Shown here piece after piece: positions 13,301-25,612 of a stretch of 64,000 bases of DNA (its first letter is position 1; each line of letters starts with the position of its first letter). The stretch comes from Macrostomum lignano. Its lineage: Eukaryota. A model generated the notes under the pieces. That model saw nothing but the letters and a program-made list of their open reading frames with translations, was not told the origin of the DNA and did no database searches. The translations under genes and the position numbers were made by a program. The stretch is from contig NIVC01000093.1 of the NCBI GenBank assembly GCA_002269645.1, positions 558,001 to 622,000 of the forward strand, in the 5' to 3' direction.

Positions 13301-13388
13301 TTGCACACCTGCCCATTAGTGTACAGTATTTTGTAATTCTTTAATTTTCATTTACATCATAAGTGCTTTTTTCAATTCATTGGAACAG

Positions 13389-13945
13389 ACGCCAATCGAC
13401 TATTTTATTGCCGACTCCAAGTTCAGCCAGTTTGATTGTTTGAAATTCTCCAGCAGCAACAATTTAACTGCCGACTCGCCAGTGCTGGCTGGCTGCCAGT
13501 TTATCTCAGTCGATTGGCCTGTTGCTTGTTTGAAAGCCCATCAAGTTTTGCCGTTCAACGAGTTCAAGCTGCGCTCTTTGGAGTCCGTTTCGGAGTCGAA
13601 GTCAGCTGAGCCAGATGAGCCGACTAGTAAGCGACGTCGCTCTGCTGCTGTTGTTGTTGAAGAAGCCGACGTTGATTCTTCAGCGACGGCCAGTACTTCG
13701 TTGGCGTCGGAATCAGCGTCGCAGTCGTTGCGACTTCCACCTCGCGTCGGCGCCTGGATCTGCGCCCAATCGTCGCTATCAACGCCAGCCGTCTCCGAAG
13801 TTGCCTGTCCGGCTAATGCTGATATTGTCCGAATATTGGGCCAAATGGCCGACACCTACGGATCGACTAACGATAAATGGCGGGTTTACAGTTATAAGAA
13901 AGCTGCCCAGGCTGTTAAACGGTGTTCTAAGCCGATTGATTCTAG
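13389..13945 (+). CDS. POLL: DNA polymerase lambda, exon 2 (BRCT, linker, start of 8-kDa lyase domain)
   Basis: FISVDWPVACLK (BRCT) and DKWRVYSYKKAAQAVK (lyase). AG and GT boundaries are phase-consistent. Confidence 0.88.
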
Positions 13946-14359
13946 GTGTGTTGAGGGCTGGATATTTTCGAGGATTTAATTAGATTGCAGACTACAGAAC
14001 TTATAATTGTTTAGAAACTAAAATGTGAGTCATTGAGGCGATTTATAGCTCATTAGTGGCTCATAGAAAGTAAAATGTGAATCATCGAGGCAATTTATCG
14101 CTCATTGGTGCGCCATAGAAAATAATATGAGTCATTCAGGCGCTTTATAGCTCATTGATGAGTCAGAAAATAATATAAGTCATTCAGGCGCTTTATAGCT
14201 CAGTGATGAGTCATAGAAGAAGAAATAATTCATATAATCAAACTTGGCTTTTTTGTTAGTTATAAGTCATGGAAGGCTAGTTGGTATTTACGCAACAAAA
14301 TTGTTATTAATTACAATAATAAGACTCACCGCTATCGCCACTATCCCCCCCACTCTTAG

Positions 14360-14737
14360 AGCCAGTGCCCAGTCGCTGCCAGGCGTTGGCAGCCGATTAG
14401 CTGATAAGATCTGGGAGATAGCCCAGAGCGGCCGCTTAGCCAAGCTAGATTGCCTGTCATCGGACGAGACTGTCGCGGCTTTGAAACTTTTTACTAGCCT
14501 GTGGGGCGCCGGTCCGGTGACTGCTCAAGCTTGGGTTGCTCAGGGCCTTCGCAGCTTGGATGACCTTGCCAGCAGGCCTGACCTGCTTAATAGGCAACAG
14601 AAAATTGGTTTAAAACACTACGACGATTTTCTTAATCGAATGCCGCGTTCGGAGGCTGGCGAAATTGAATCAGTGGTTGCTGAGGCTGTACATCAGCTTG
14701 GCAACGGTTTTATAGTGCAGGCCTGCGGTTCCTATAG
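14360..14737 (+). CDS. POLL: DNA polymerase lambda, exon 3
   Basis: SLPGVGSRLADKI, LFTSLWGAGPVTAQAW, QKIGLKHYDDF and ACGSYR are Pol X fingers/palm motifs. Confidence 0.92.
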
Positions 14738-14811
14738 GTAGGTGTCTTTGATTCTAATTACTCGTGATATTACTTCCATTTAGTTTGAAGTTTAAATTTA
14801 ACCTTGATAAG

Positions 14812-15235
14812 AATCGCCCTTGCATCGCCATTGAAGAATCGCCCTTGCATCGCTATTAAAAATCGCACTTGCATCGCCATTCGAGAATCGCCCTTAAACC
14901 GCCATTAAAAAATCGCCCTTGCATCGCCATTAAAGAATCGCCCTTGCATCGCTATTAAGAATCGCCCTTGCATCGCTATTAAGAATCGCCCTTGCACCGC
15001 CATTAAAAATCGCACTTGCATCGCCATTCGAGAATCGCCCTTAAACCGCCATTAAAGAATCGCCCTTGCATCGCCGTTAAAGAATAGCTCTTGCATCGCT
15101 ATCAAGAATCGCCCTTACATCGCTATCAAGAATCGTCCTTGCATCGCCGTTAGAGAATCGCCCTGGCTTCGCTATTAAGAATCGCCCTTGCATCGCCGTT
15201 AGAGAATCGCCCTGGCTTCGCCATTGAGAATCCTC
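14812..15235. repeat. ~24-bp minisatellite (AAGAATCGCCCTTGCATCGCYRTT) in POLL intron 3
   Basis: Tandem units visible directly. Confidence 0.9.
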
Positions 15236-15337
15236 TCGGCTTCGTTATGATCCTCAGGCAGTTTCAATAGGCGGCAAAGAAACGAAAAGATGAATCCTTT
15301 CTCTCCCTACCCCTTCCTCGCCTTGAAATATTCGCAG

Positions 15338-15827
15338 GCGCGGCCGACCAGACTGCGGCGACGTGGACGTACTGGTAACGCATCCAGACGGCCGTTCGCA
15401 CGCCGGCCTTCTGACTCGCCTAGTGACCCACCTGGAGCGCACCGGCTTCCTCACTGATCATTTAGTATCCTGCGAAGAGAATGGCGATCACAAGAAATAC
15501 CTTGGCGTTTGTCGCCTGCCATTGTCGACAAACAATTCTGGCCAATCAGAGCGCCGGGCCCGCCGATTAGACATAATCGTGGTGCCGTATAACGAGTACG
15601 CCTGCTCGTTGGTGTACTTTACTGGCTCAGAGCATTTCTGCCGCAGTCTGCGCCATTTAGCTAAACGATTAGGCATGTCGCTGAACGAGCACGCACTGTA
15701 TGAAGGTGTCATTAGGCGCGGCGCCGTTAAGGTTAATCCTGGCCGACCGGTGAATACGCCAGATGAAGCTAGCGTGTTTCAACATCTAGGCGTGCCATAT
15801 AGGCCGCCGAATGAAAGGGATCATTAG
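15338..15827 (+). CDS. POLL: DNA polymerase lambda, exon 4 (catalytic palm and thumb)
   Basis: [24 protein letters not shown] and SLNEHAL motifs. The spliced total is about 516 aa. Confidence 0.95.
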
Positions 15828-15932
15828 AATCTTAATTCTGTATTTTTTCACCATAGTCTTTTATTGCTTTTTACATTTCTCTTTTCCTTAATTATTTCGA
15901 CCTGTATGTCTACTCCTTTTTGTGTTTTAAGT

Positions 15933-16880
15933 CCGTCTTGCAAATCCGCTCCTTGTCTTGCAAATCCGCTCCTTTGTCTTGCAAATCCGCTCCTTTGTCT
16001 TGCAAATCCGCTCCTTTGTCTTGCTAATCCGCTACTTTGTCTTGCTAATCCGCTACTTTGTCTTGCAAATCCGCTCCTTTATCCTACAAATCCGCCCATT
16101 CGTCTTGTAAATCCGCTCCTGTCTTGCAAATCCGCTCCTTTATCCTACAAATCCGCTCCTTTGTCTTGCAAATCCGCTACTTTGTCTTGCTAATCCGCTC
16201 CTTTGTCTTGCTAATCCGCTCCTTTGTCTTGCAAATCCGCTCCTTTGTCTTGCTAATCCGCTCCTTTGTCTTGCTAATCCGCTCCTTTGTCTTGCAAATC
16301 CGCTCCTTTGTCTTGCAAATCCGCTCCTTTGTCTTGCAAATCCGCTCCTTTGTCTTGCAAATCCGCCCCTTTGTCTTGCAAATCCGCTCCTTTATCCTAC
16401 AAATCCGCCCATTCGTCTTGTAAATCCGCTCCTTTGTCTTGCAAATCCGCTCCTTTATCCTACAAATCCGCTCCTTTGTCTTGCAAATCCGCTACTTTGT
16501 CTTGCAAATCCGCTCCTTTGTCTTGTAAATCCGCTCCTTTGTCTTGCAAATCCGCTCCTTTATCCTACAAATCCGCTCCTTTGTCTTGCAAATCCGCTCC
16601 TTTGTCTTGCAAATCGCTCCTTTATCCTACAAATCCGCTCCTTTGTCTTGCAAATCCGCTCCTTTATCCTACAAATCCGCTCCTTTGTCTTGTAAATCCG
16701 CTCCTGTCTTGCAAATCCGCTCTTTGTCTTGCAAATCCGCCCCTTCGTCTGGTAAATCCGCCCCTTCGTCTTTCAAATCCGCCCCATTCGTCTGGCAAAT
16801 CCGCCCCTTCGTCTGGCAAATCCGCCCCTTCGTCTTACAAATCCGCCCCTTCGTCTTACAAATCCGCACCTTCGTCTTAA
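15933..16880. repeat. 21-bp minisatellite (GCAAATCCGCTCCTTTGTCTT)
   Basis: Tandem array; source of the spurious SCKSAPL ORFs. Confidence 0.95.
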
Positions 16881-17404
16881 AAATCCGCCTCAAATCTATC
16901 ATTGTAGAGTATGCATAAAAATTAAATTATGTATTCGCTGCATGCCAAATATTTATATCTAATGGCTTTTTTTATAAACTTTAGCGTTTTAAATATCGAG
17001 TTTATCTGTGCTTAAATATTTGTAAACATGATACTTTGCCTGTACACCTTCCTGTTTTTCTTACTAACTGTATTAGGTCTTTTTTTGCACTGCATGATCT
17101 TACTGTTTACAAATATCGTGTTATATGCGGAGATTTTAATTAACTAGTTTTATTTATTCAGATCAAAATATATCGAATCATTTTTATAGAGGTATCTTTT
17201 TTTAAATTAATTATTTAAACTTTAGGTTTTAATCTTTAGGGCGTCAGCTTCTTAGTTAAAAATGATGCATTATAGATGATAAAAAACAAACTAGAATAGA
17301 TGAAGATCATTTTAAAATTTGTTTTAACACCAGAAATTATTATTTAGCAACCCTAACACATGATGGACACTCGTACTATCATACTGCTCAGAAGGATCTA
17401 TTTC

Positions 17405-18095
17405 TCAAATGCATCTATCTACTTCTCATATATTTATCTACTTCTCATACGAATCTATCTAACTTCTCATTTGCATTTATCCACTTCTCATGAGCATCTA
17501 TCTACTCATACGAATCTATCTACTTCTCATACGAATCTATCTACTTCTCATACGAATCTATCTACTTCTCATACGAATCTATCTACTCATACGAATCTAT
17601 CTACTTCTCATACGAATCTATCTACTCATACGAATCTATCTACTTCTCATACGAATCTATCTACTTCTCATACGAATCTATCTACTTCTCATACGAATCT
17701 ATCTACTCATACGAATCTATCTACTCATACGAATCTATCTACTCATACGAATCTATCTACTTCTCATACGAATCTATCTACTTCTCATACGAATCTATCT
17801 ACTCATACGAATCTATCTACTCATACGAATCTATCTACTTCTCATACGAATCTATCTACTTCTCATACGAATCTATCTACTTCTCATACGAATCTATCTA
17901 CTCATACGAATCTATCTACTCATACGAATCTATCTACTCATACGAATCTATCTACTCATACGAATCTATCTACTCATACGAATCTATCTACTTCTCATTT
18001 GCATTTATCCACTTCTCATGAGCATCTATCTACTTCTCTCATGCATCTATCTACTAATTCACATCTATCTACTTCTCTCAGCATCTGTCTACTTT
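17405..18095. repeat. 16/19-bp minisatellite (ATCTATCTACT[TCT]CATACGA)
   Basis: Two interspersed unit lengths. Confidence 0.95.
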
Positions 18096-18181
18096 CCACA
18101 TCTGGTTAGAAAGTCAGCGGCATAAAAATGAAAAGAATGGGCCCATTGTAATCCAACTGCCATAAAAAAATTACATTCCAG

Positions 18182-19141
18182 GGCCGACTCCGATTGCGTC
18201 AACGAGCTGGGGCCGCTTTGGCCGCCGCTCGAGCCTCTGAAGACACTGACAGAGCTGCTGGTGCTGCTCCTCAGGCACCGTTGAAGATCGTCTGCTCCAC
18301 CGCTGCCTCCGGCGCTGGCGGCATCGTCAAGCGCAAGCAGCTGGCTTCAAAATGTTCAGCTTTGCTAAAACCAAAGAAGCTGACTGGTAGCGCCAGACGG
18401 GCGGTGAAGCGGCAGGCTGTCGATATACTTCAGCGACGTCGAGCAACTCAGGCTGGCAAACAGCCGCTGATCGAATCCGACGCCGAAGACGACAATGACA
18501 ATGAAGACAACAATCTGGACGCGAAGCCCAGCATCGGCGACACTGGCGGAGTTGAGCGCGCGCTCAGCGTCGTGGCGCCGTCCTCCGGCCGCGCGCTCCG
18601 GACCGATCTGACCGCCGAAGCGCTTCAATCGGCGATGGCGGCCGTCGATTCGCAGTCGGTGATCAGCGGCAAGACGGTGAAAGCGCTGGGTCTGCGGCTG
18701 AACAAGCAGCAGCGCAGGCGGCTGAAGTCGCAGCTGCTCCGGCAGCGGGTTGAGGCTCAGCAGCTGCAGCAGAAGGAGGCAAAGAGCGGCAGCAAGGCGG
18801 ATGACGCCAAGAACCTGCTGCCCCAGATGGACATCCTGGATAGGCTGGCCAGTCCGTCTGACGAGGCGGCCGCTCGTCGTCGGCTGTTGAAGTTGAAAAA
18901 GAAGAAATCAAAGAAATTATCGGCTGCCTCAACAGGCGGCCAGCTGCGGCAGAAGCAACGGAAGCGACTTGAAGCTGCGACAGCAGATGCTCAACGATTG
19001 GCTGGCATGCGGGCGGGAGCTCAGGGCCTGCTGTTTGCTGCTAGCGGTTGCTATAGTAACCCTGAGATGACAAAATTGCCAACTGAAGTTAGTGGCGCTG
19101 AGACTGCCGAACAGCTTAATAGGATTGCTGGCTTGCTGTAG
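18182..19141 (+). CDS. Basic K/R-rich protein, possibly SLX9/FAM207A-like ribosome biogenesis factor (start codon not located)
   Basis: Non-repetitive open frame after the acceptor TTCCAG (18181). GRLRLRQR N-terminus, NKQQRRRLKSQLLRQRVEAQQL and RQKQRKRLE segments resemble the FAM207A/SLX9 pattern from memory; no search was run. Confidence 0.6.
   Translation, partial: GRLRLRQRAGAALAAARASEDTDRAAGAAPQAPLKIVCSTAASGAGGIVKRKQLASKCSALLKPKKLTGSARRAVKRQAVDILQRRRATQAGKQPLIESDAEDDNDNEDNNLDAKPSIGDTGGVERALSVVAPSSGRALRTDLTAEALQSAMAAVDSQSVISGKTVKALGLRLNKQQRRRLKSQLLRQRVEAQQLQQKEAKSGSKADDAKNLLPQMDILDRLASPSDEAAARRRLLKLKKKKSKKLSAASTGGQLRQKQRKRLEAATADAQRLAGMRAGAQGLLFAASGCYSNPEMTKLPTEVSGAETAEQLNRIAGLL
19047..19060. 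promoter_or_regulatory. RFX X-box-like motif GTTGCTATAGTAAC
   Basis: Matches GTNRCC/Y-N2-RGYAAC. It lies inside an ORF, so function is uncertain. Confidence 0.25.
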
Positions 19142-19299
19142 CTGTGCTGACTAAGCTATAATTGTTATTATTAGCATTTTAATCTGGAGTAAAGTTTTGC
19201 ATATTTGCATTGTAACAATTATAATGATTGATTCGCTTAATCTGCGGAGCTTTTGGAGTTTTCCTTTATTGTCTATTTTTTCTCATTTTAATATCCCCG

Positions 19300-22165
19300 A
19301 AGCATTGCCTTTTGATATCCCATAGCCACTCTGATATCCCATAGCCACTCTGATATCCCATAGCCTCTCTGATATCCCATAGCCACTCTGATATCCCATA
19401 GCCACTCTGATATCCCCATAGCCACTCTGATATCACCATAGCCACTCTGATATCCCATAGCCACTCTGATATCCCATAGCCACTCTGATATCACCATAGC
19501 CACTCTGATATCACCATAGCCACTCTGATATCACCATAGCCACTCTGATATCACCATAGCCACTCTGATATCCCCATAGCCACTCTGATATCCCATAGCC
19601 ACTCTGATATCCCATAGCCACTCTGATATCCCATAGCCACTCTGATATCACCATAGCCACTCTGATATCACCATAGCCACTCTGATATCACCATAGCCAC
19701 TCTGATATCCCCATAGCCACTCTGATATCCCATAGCCACTCTGATATCCCATAGCCACTCTGATATCACCATAGCCACTCTGATATCCCCATAGCCACTC
19801 TGATATCCCATAGCCTCTCTGATATCCCATAGCCACTCTGATATCCCATAGCCTCTCTGATATCCCATAGCCACTCTGATATCACCATAGCCACTCTGAT
19901 ATCCCCATAGCCACTCTGATATCCCATAGCCTCTCTGATATCCCATAGCCACTCTGATATCCCATCGCCTCTCTGATATCCCATAGCCACTCTGATATCA
20001 CCATAGCCACTCTGATATCCCCATAGCCACTCTGATATCCCATAGCCTCTCTGATATCCCATAGCCACTCTGATATCCCATAGCCTCTCTGATATCCCAT
20101 AGCCACTCTGATATCACCATAGCCACTCTGATATCCCCATAGCCACTCTGATATCCCATAGCCTCTCTGATATCCCATAGCCACTCTGATATCCCCATAG
20201 CCACTCTGATATCCCATAGCCACTCTGATATCACCATAGCCACTCTGATATCACCATAGCCACTCTGATATCCCCATAGCCACTCTGATATCCCATAGCC
20301 ACTCTGATATCACCATAGCCACTCTGATATCCCATAGCCACTCTGATATCTTCGTAGCCGCTCTGATATCCCAAAGCTACTGTGATATCCCCATAGCCAC
20401 TCTGATATCACCATAGCCACTCTGATATCACCATAGCCACTCTGATATCACCATAGCCACTCTGATATCACCATAGCCACTCTGATATCCCATAGCCACT
20501 CTGATATCACCATAGCCACTCTGATATCCCATAGCCACTCTGATATCTTCGTAGCCGCTCTGATATCCCAAAGCTACTGTGATATCCCCATAGCTTCTGA
20601 AATCCCTGATATCGCCATAACTACTCTGATATCCCATAGCCTCTCTGATATGCCCATAGCCTCTCTGATATCCCCATAGCCTCTCTGATATCCCATAGCC
20701 TCTCTGATATCCCATAGCCTCTCTGATATGCCCATAGCCTCTCTGATATGCCCATAGCCTCTCTGATATCCCCATAGCCTCTCTGATATGCCCATAGCCT
20801 CTCTGATATGCCCATAGCCTCTCTGATATGCCCATAGCCTCTCTGATATGCCCATAGCCTCTCTGATATGCCCATAGCCACTCTGATATGCCCATAGCCA
20901 CTCTGATATGCCCATAGCCTCTCTGATATGCCCATAGCCACTCTGATATGCCCATAGCCTCTCTGATATGCCCATAGCCACTCTGATATGCCCATAGCCT
21001 CTCTGATATCCCCACAGCCTCTCTGATATCCCCATAGCCACTCTGATATCCCCATAGCCTCTCTGATATCCCCATAGCCTCTCTGATATCCCATAGCCTC
21101 TCTGATATGCCCATAGCCTCTCTGATATGCCCATAGCCTCTCTGATAGCCCATAGCCACTCTGATATCCATAGCTTCTGGCACCCTGATATCGCCATAGC
21201 CACTCTGATATCCCCACAGCCTCTCTGATATCCCATAGCCACTCTGATATCCCATAGCCTCTCTGATATCCCATAGCCACTCTGATATCCCCATAGCCAC
21301 TCTGATATCCCATAGCCACTCTGATATCACCATAGCCACTCTGATATCACCATAGCCACTCTGATATCACCATAGCCACTCTGATATCACCATAGCCACT
21401 CTGATATCACCATAGCCACTCTGATATCCCATAGCCACTCTGATATCACCATAGCCACTCTGATATCCCATAGCCACTCTGATATCTTCGTAGCCGCTCT
21501 GATATCCCAAAGCTACTGTGATATCCCCATAGCTTCTGAAATCCCTGATATCGCCATAACTACTCTGATATCCCATAGCCTCTCTGATATGCCCATAGCC
21601 TCTCTGATATCCCCATAGCCTCTCTGATATCCCATAGCCTCTCTGATATCCCATAGCCTCTCTGATATGCCCATAGCCTCTCTGATATGCCCATAGCCTC
21701 TCTGATATCCCCATAGCCTCTCTGATATGCCCATAGCCTCTCTGATATGCCCATAGCCTCTCTGATATGCCCATAGCCACTCTGATATGCCCATAGCCAC
21801 TCTGATATGCCCATAGCCTCTCTGATATGCCCATAGCCACTCTGATATGCCCATAGCCTCTCTGATATGCCCATAGCCACTCTGATATGCCCATAGCCTC
21901 TCTGATATCCCCACAGCCTCTCTGATATCCCCATAGCCACTCTGATATCCCCATAGCCTCTCTGATATCCCCATAGCCTCTCTGATATCCCATAGCCTCT
22001 CTGATATGCCCATAGCCTCTCTGATATGCCCATAGCCTCTCTGATAGCCCATAGCCACTCTGATATCCATAGCTTCTGGCACCCTGATATCGCCATAGCC
22101 ACTCTGATATCCCCACAGCCTCTCTGCTATCACTGATATCCCCATAGCTTCTGACATCCCTGATA
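19300..22165. repeat. 19-20-bp minisatellite (CTCTGATATCC[C]CATAGCCA/T) with ~0.9-kb higher-order duplication
   Basis: Tandem array; diagnostic variant blocks are repeated at ~20545/21485 and ~21165/22065. Confidence 0.95.
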
Positions 22166-22259
22166 GCCACCGTGACATCGCTAGGTGCCTACGACCTGGT
22201 GTCCACCTATCACTTCTCTCTTTACTATTATGCATGAAACTCCTGCACTCGCTCAAACC

Positions 22260-23417
22260 ATGGTGGTATTCACCTGCGAAGCCTGTAACGAATCGTTAAA
22301 AAAGAACAAAGTCGAACAGCACCTATATCGATGCCGACGAGCCCGTCACGTGACCTGCATCGACTGTCAAGTGGATTTCGATCGGGAATCGTTTAAATCG
22401 CACACTTCTTGCATCTCGGAGATGGAGAAATACTCCGGGCCTGGCTACGTTGCTAAGCCCTCGGCTAATAAAGGTGCCAAAAAGCAGGACGACTGGTTCC
22501 AACGGGTGCAGTCAGCGATTGACAGCTGCCACCAGCATCCCAATAGTCCTCTATCCCGCGTACTGTACAAAGTACGCGAATCGTCCAACGTGCCTAGAAA
22601 GCAGGCTAAATTTATTAATTTCTGCCGCAACAGCCTGCCCTGGGTTAATCAGGCTGTTATTCAGCAGGCCTGGGATTTGCTAACTGAAACTGCAGCTGCG
22701 TCTGCTCCAACGCAGAACTCCAACGAGGCTGATTCTAAGAAACGGTCAGCGGATGCTGAAGCCGCTGCAGATGACGAAGAGAAACCCGCTGTCAAGAAGG
22801 CAAAGAAGAGCGAAGAGTCGAGCTTAGTAAAGGCTGACGATGAAGAAGCGGAAGAACAGGCGCAATTGTCAAGCAAAAAGAATAAGAAAAAGAAAAAGAA
22901 AGATAGAGAGATTAAAGAAGAATCCAGCCAGTTCGAAGCCATTGAAGCTGATGTAGCTTTGCCGGAAGCAGAAGTGGAAGAGAATCCCGAGAAAAAGCAG
23001 AAGAAAAAGAAGAAGAAAAGCAAGTTGGCGGATCCCGATCAGGAGGAGCTGTGCGCTGAGAATGGCGAATTGCTCAACATCGACGAAACTCCGACAAAGA
23101 AAAAGAAGAAGTCAATGGAACAGACTGAGTCCAAAGATGCCGAACCGGCAGCAGCTGCTGCAGCCGCTGACGAAACTGCGGATTGCTTTGAAGCCAATGG
23201 CGATTCAACTGTAGAGAGGAAGAAAAGTAAAAAGAAAAAGAGAAAGTCCAGCCAGAATGGTATTGACAGACCAACAGCTGAGCAGCCAGATGAGCCTGTT
23301 GCTGCTGCTGCTGCGGAGCTATCAGAGAAAAAGAAGAAGAAAAAGAAAAAGAGAAAGCAGAAAGAGGCTGAGGCTGAGGCTTCGATGATGACGGCTTGTA
23401 GTGTCATCTCAGTTTAA
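22260..23417 (+). CDS. LYAR: Cell growth-regulating nucleolar protein LYAR (C2HC zinc fingers, Lys-rich tail)
   Basis: MVVFTCEACNESLKKNKVEQH...CIDCQVDF...HTSCISEMEKY and NVPRKQAKFINF motifs; AATAAA overlaps the stop; intronless. Confidence 0.93.
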   Translation: MVVFTCEACNESLKKNKVEQHLYRCRRARHVTCIDCQVDFDRESFKSHTSCISEMEKYSGPGYVAKPSANKGAKKQDDWFQRVQSAIDSCHQHPNSPLSRVLYKVRESSNVPRKQAKFINFCRNSLPWVNQAVIQQAWDLLTETAAASAPTQNSNEADSKKRSADAEAAADDEEKPAVKKAKKSEESSLVKADDEEAEEQAQLSSKKNKKKKKKDREIKEESSQFEAIEADVALPEAEVEENPEKKQKKKKKKSKLADPDQEELCAENGELLNIDETPTKKKKKSMEQTESKDAEPAAAAAAADETADCFEANGDSTVERKKSKKKKRKSSQNGIDRPTAEQPDEPVAAAAAELSEKKKKKKKKRKQKEAEAEASMMTACSVISV

Positions 23418-23682
23418 TAAACGTTTTGGGTTAGGAACTCCTTTCTATCTTTCGCGTCTGTCTTGAAGCATCCTGATAAAAATGCATCCGTAAAATTCTA
23501 ATTATAAAATAAATATATTTGACAACAGCATTCTGCCGCAGCATTTACACTTTAATTGTTATGTTGATGCTTGGAGGAAAACTGTCACTGAATTGAATTA
23601 TAATTATTTGCTTGATTGTAATCCAAAGGGAAATAGGAAAATTTGATTATGAGTTAATAAGCAGATCCTATTATCAAGTATT

Positions 23683-24228
23683 GAGATCCCATTTTCAATT
23701 TCTAATGAGATCCCATTTTTAACAACTAATGAGATCCCATTTTCAGCTCTTAACCAGATCCCATTTTTAATCCCCCGAATGAGATCCCATTTTTCAACTC
23801 CCAAAGAGATCCCATTTCCAACTCTCCATGAGATCCCATTTTCAACTCCTAATGAGATACCATTTTTAACTCCCAATGAGGTCCCGTTTTTTAGCTCCTA
23901 ATGAGATCCCACTCTTAGCTCCTAATGAGATCCCATTTTTTAGCTCCCAATGAGATCCCACTCTTAGCTCCTAATGAGATCCCATTTTTTAGCTCCCAAT
24001 GAGATCCCATTTTTAACTCCCAATGAGATCCCATTTTTTAGCTCCCAATGAGATCCTATTTTCAAATCCCAATGAGATCCCATTTTCAACCCCCAATGAG
24101 ATCCCATTTCCAACTCTTAATGAGATCCCACTTTCAATTCCTAATGAGATCCCATATTCAACTCCAAATGAGATCCCATTTCCAACTCCAAATGAGATAC
24201 AATTTTCAACCTCTAATCAGATCCCATT
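23683..24228. repeat. ~21-22-bp minisatellite (AATGAGATCCCATTTTYAACTCC)
   Basis: Tandem array. Confidence 0.9.
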
Positions 24229-24259
24229 GTAAGTCCTTCAACGCCTTCTGACTGCTTGC

Positions 24260-24871
24260 ATGCAACAGCAGGAGGACTCAAAGCAGCTGGTGCCGCAGCT
24301 GCGAGCTCGAATCGCTGCCCTCGAGTCGGAGCTGAAATCAGCCAAGCAAAAGTTAGAGGAACTGCGTCGCGCTAAATCTACAGTGTTGGTCAAACGAGAA
24401 CGCGAAGTACTGCAGGTTGGCTTGCCGTTTTCTGGTGGCGGCGGCGGCGCCTCGACTTCCTCAACAACTACAGTTGCCAAGGCGACGCCGAAATCCATAA
24501 CAGCTGCTCCGACGGTAGTTAATCCGACAGGTAGCGGCAGCGAAGACAATGCTAACACCGACGATATTATAGCCGCTCTGAAAGCTCGAATATATCAACT
24601 TGAAGACGACAATACTGCTCTGCTTAGCAATCAAACCTACTTAGAGACGCTACACAATGAACTATTAACTCAGTTGTCGGTTAAAGAGGCTCAATTAGTT
24701 GAAGCTCAGGAGCATTTCCAGCGTAAAGCTGAGGAAACATTCAGCGAGAAATATGCACAGTGGATGCAGGGAGTTGAGGCTAAACTGGCTGAGCTGAGCC
24801 ACGACAATGCAGTGCTGCGAGCTCGGCTGGCTTCCGAAGGATCGGCGCCTGATGGAGCTTCGACAAGTTAA
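24260..24871 (+). CDS. Coiled-coil protein of unknown function (203 aa)
   Basis: Non-repetitive ORF with two heptad-rich segments separated by a G/S/T linker; codon style resembles the neighbouring genes. Confidence 0.72.
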   Translation: MQQQEDSKQLVPQLRARIAALESELKSAKQKLEELRRAKSTVLVKREREVLQVGLPFSGGGGGASTSSTTTVAKATPKSITAAPTVVNPTGSGSEDNANTDDIIAALKARIYQLEDDNTALLSNQTYLETLHNELLTQLSVKEAQLVEAQEHFQRKAEETFSEKYAQWMQGVEAKLAELSHDNAVLRARLASEGSAPDGASTS

Positions 24872-24949
24872 GACGAGTTTTGCGCCCACTTGTTTCTCCT
24901 GTCGAAATTCTCTAATCGCCTCGTCAATCATAATAATCGTTTAAAGAAA

Positions 24950-25612
24950 TTTGAGAATCGCCAAAAGAATCATAAAAATCGTCCTATTGGATCGCCTCTT
25001 AAAAATGTCAAAAAAATCTTGAGATAGATGGAAATCGCCTCATTAATATCTTTGAAATCGCCAAAAGAATCTTGAGGTGATTAAGAATCGCCCTGATGAA
25101 TCTTGAAATAATTGAGAATAGCCCTGATGAATCTTGAGATGATTGAGAATAGCCCTGATGAATCTTGAGATGATTGAGAATCGCACTGATGAATCTTGAG
25201 ATGATTGAGAATCGCCCTGATAAATCTTGAGATGATTGGGAATCGCATCATGAGTTGTGAAATGATTGAGAATCGCCATGATGAATCTTAAGATGATTGA
25301 GAATCGCCCTGATGAATCTTGAGATGATTAAGAATCGCCCTGATGAATCTTGAAATGATTGAAAATCGCCCTGATGAACCTTGAGATTATTGAGAATCGC
25401 CCTGATAAATCTTGAGATTATTGAGAACCGCACTGATGAACCTTGAGATTATTGAGAATCGCCCTGATGAATCTTGAAATGATTGAGAATCGCCCTGATG
25501 AATCTTGAGATGATTGAGAATCGCCTTGATGAATCTGGAAATTATTAAGAATCGCCATGATGAATCTTGAGATGATTGAGAATCGCCCTGATGAATCTTG
25601 AGATGATTTAGA
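24950..25612. repeat. ~31-bp minisatellite (GAGAATCGCCCTGATGAATCTTGAGATGATT)
   Basis: Tandem array; shares GAATCGCCC with the POLL intron 3 array. Confidence 0.9.
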
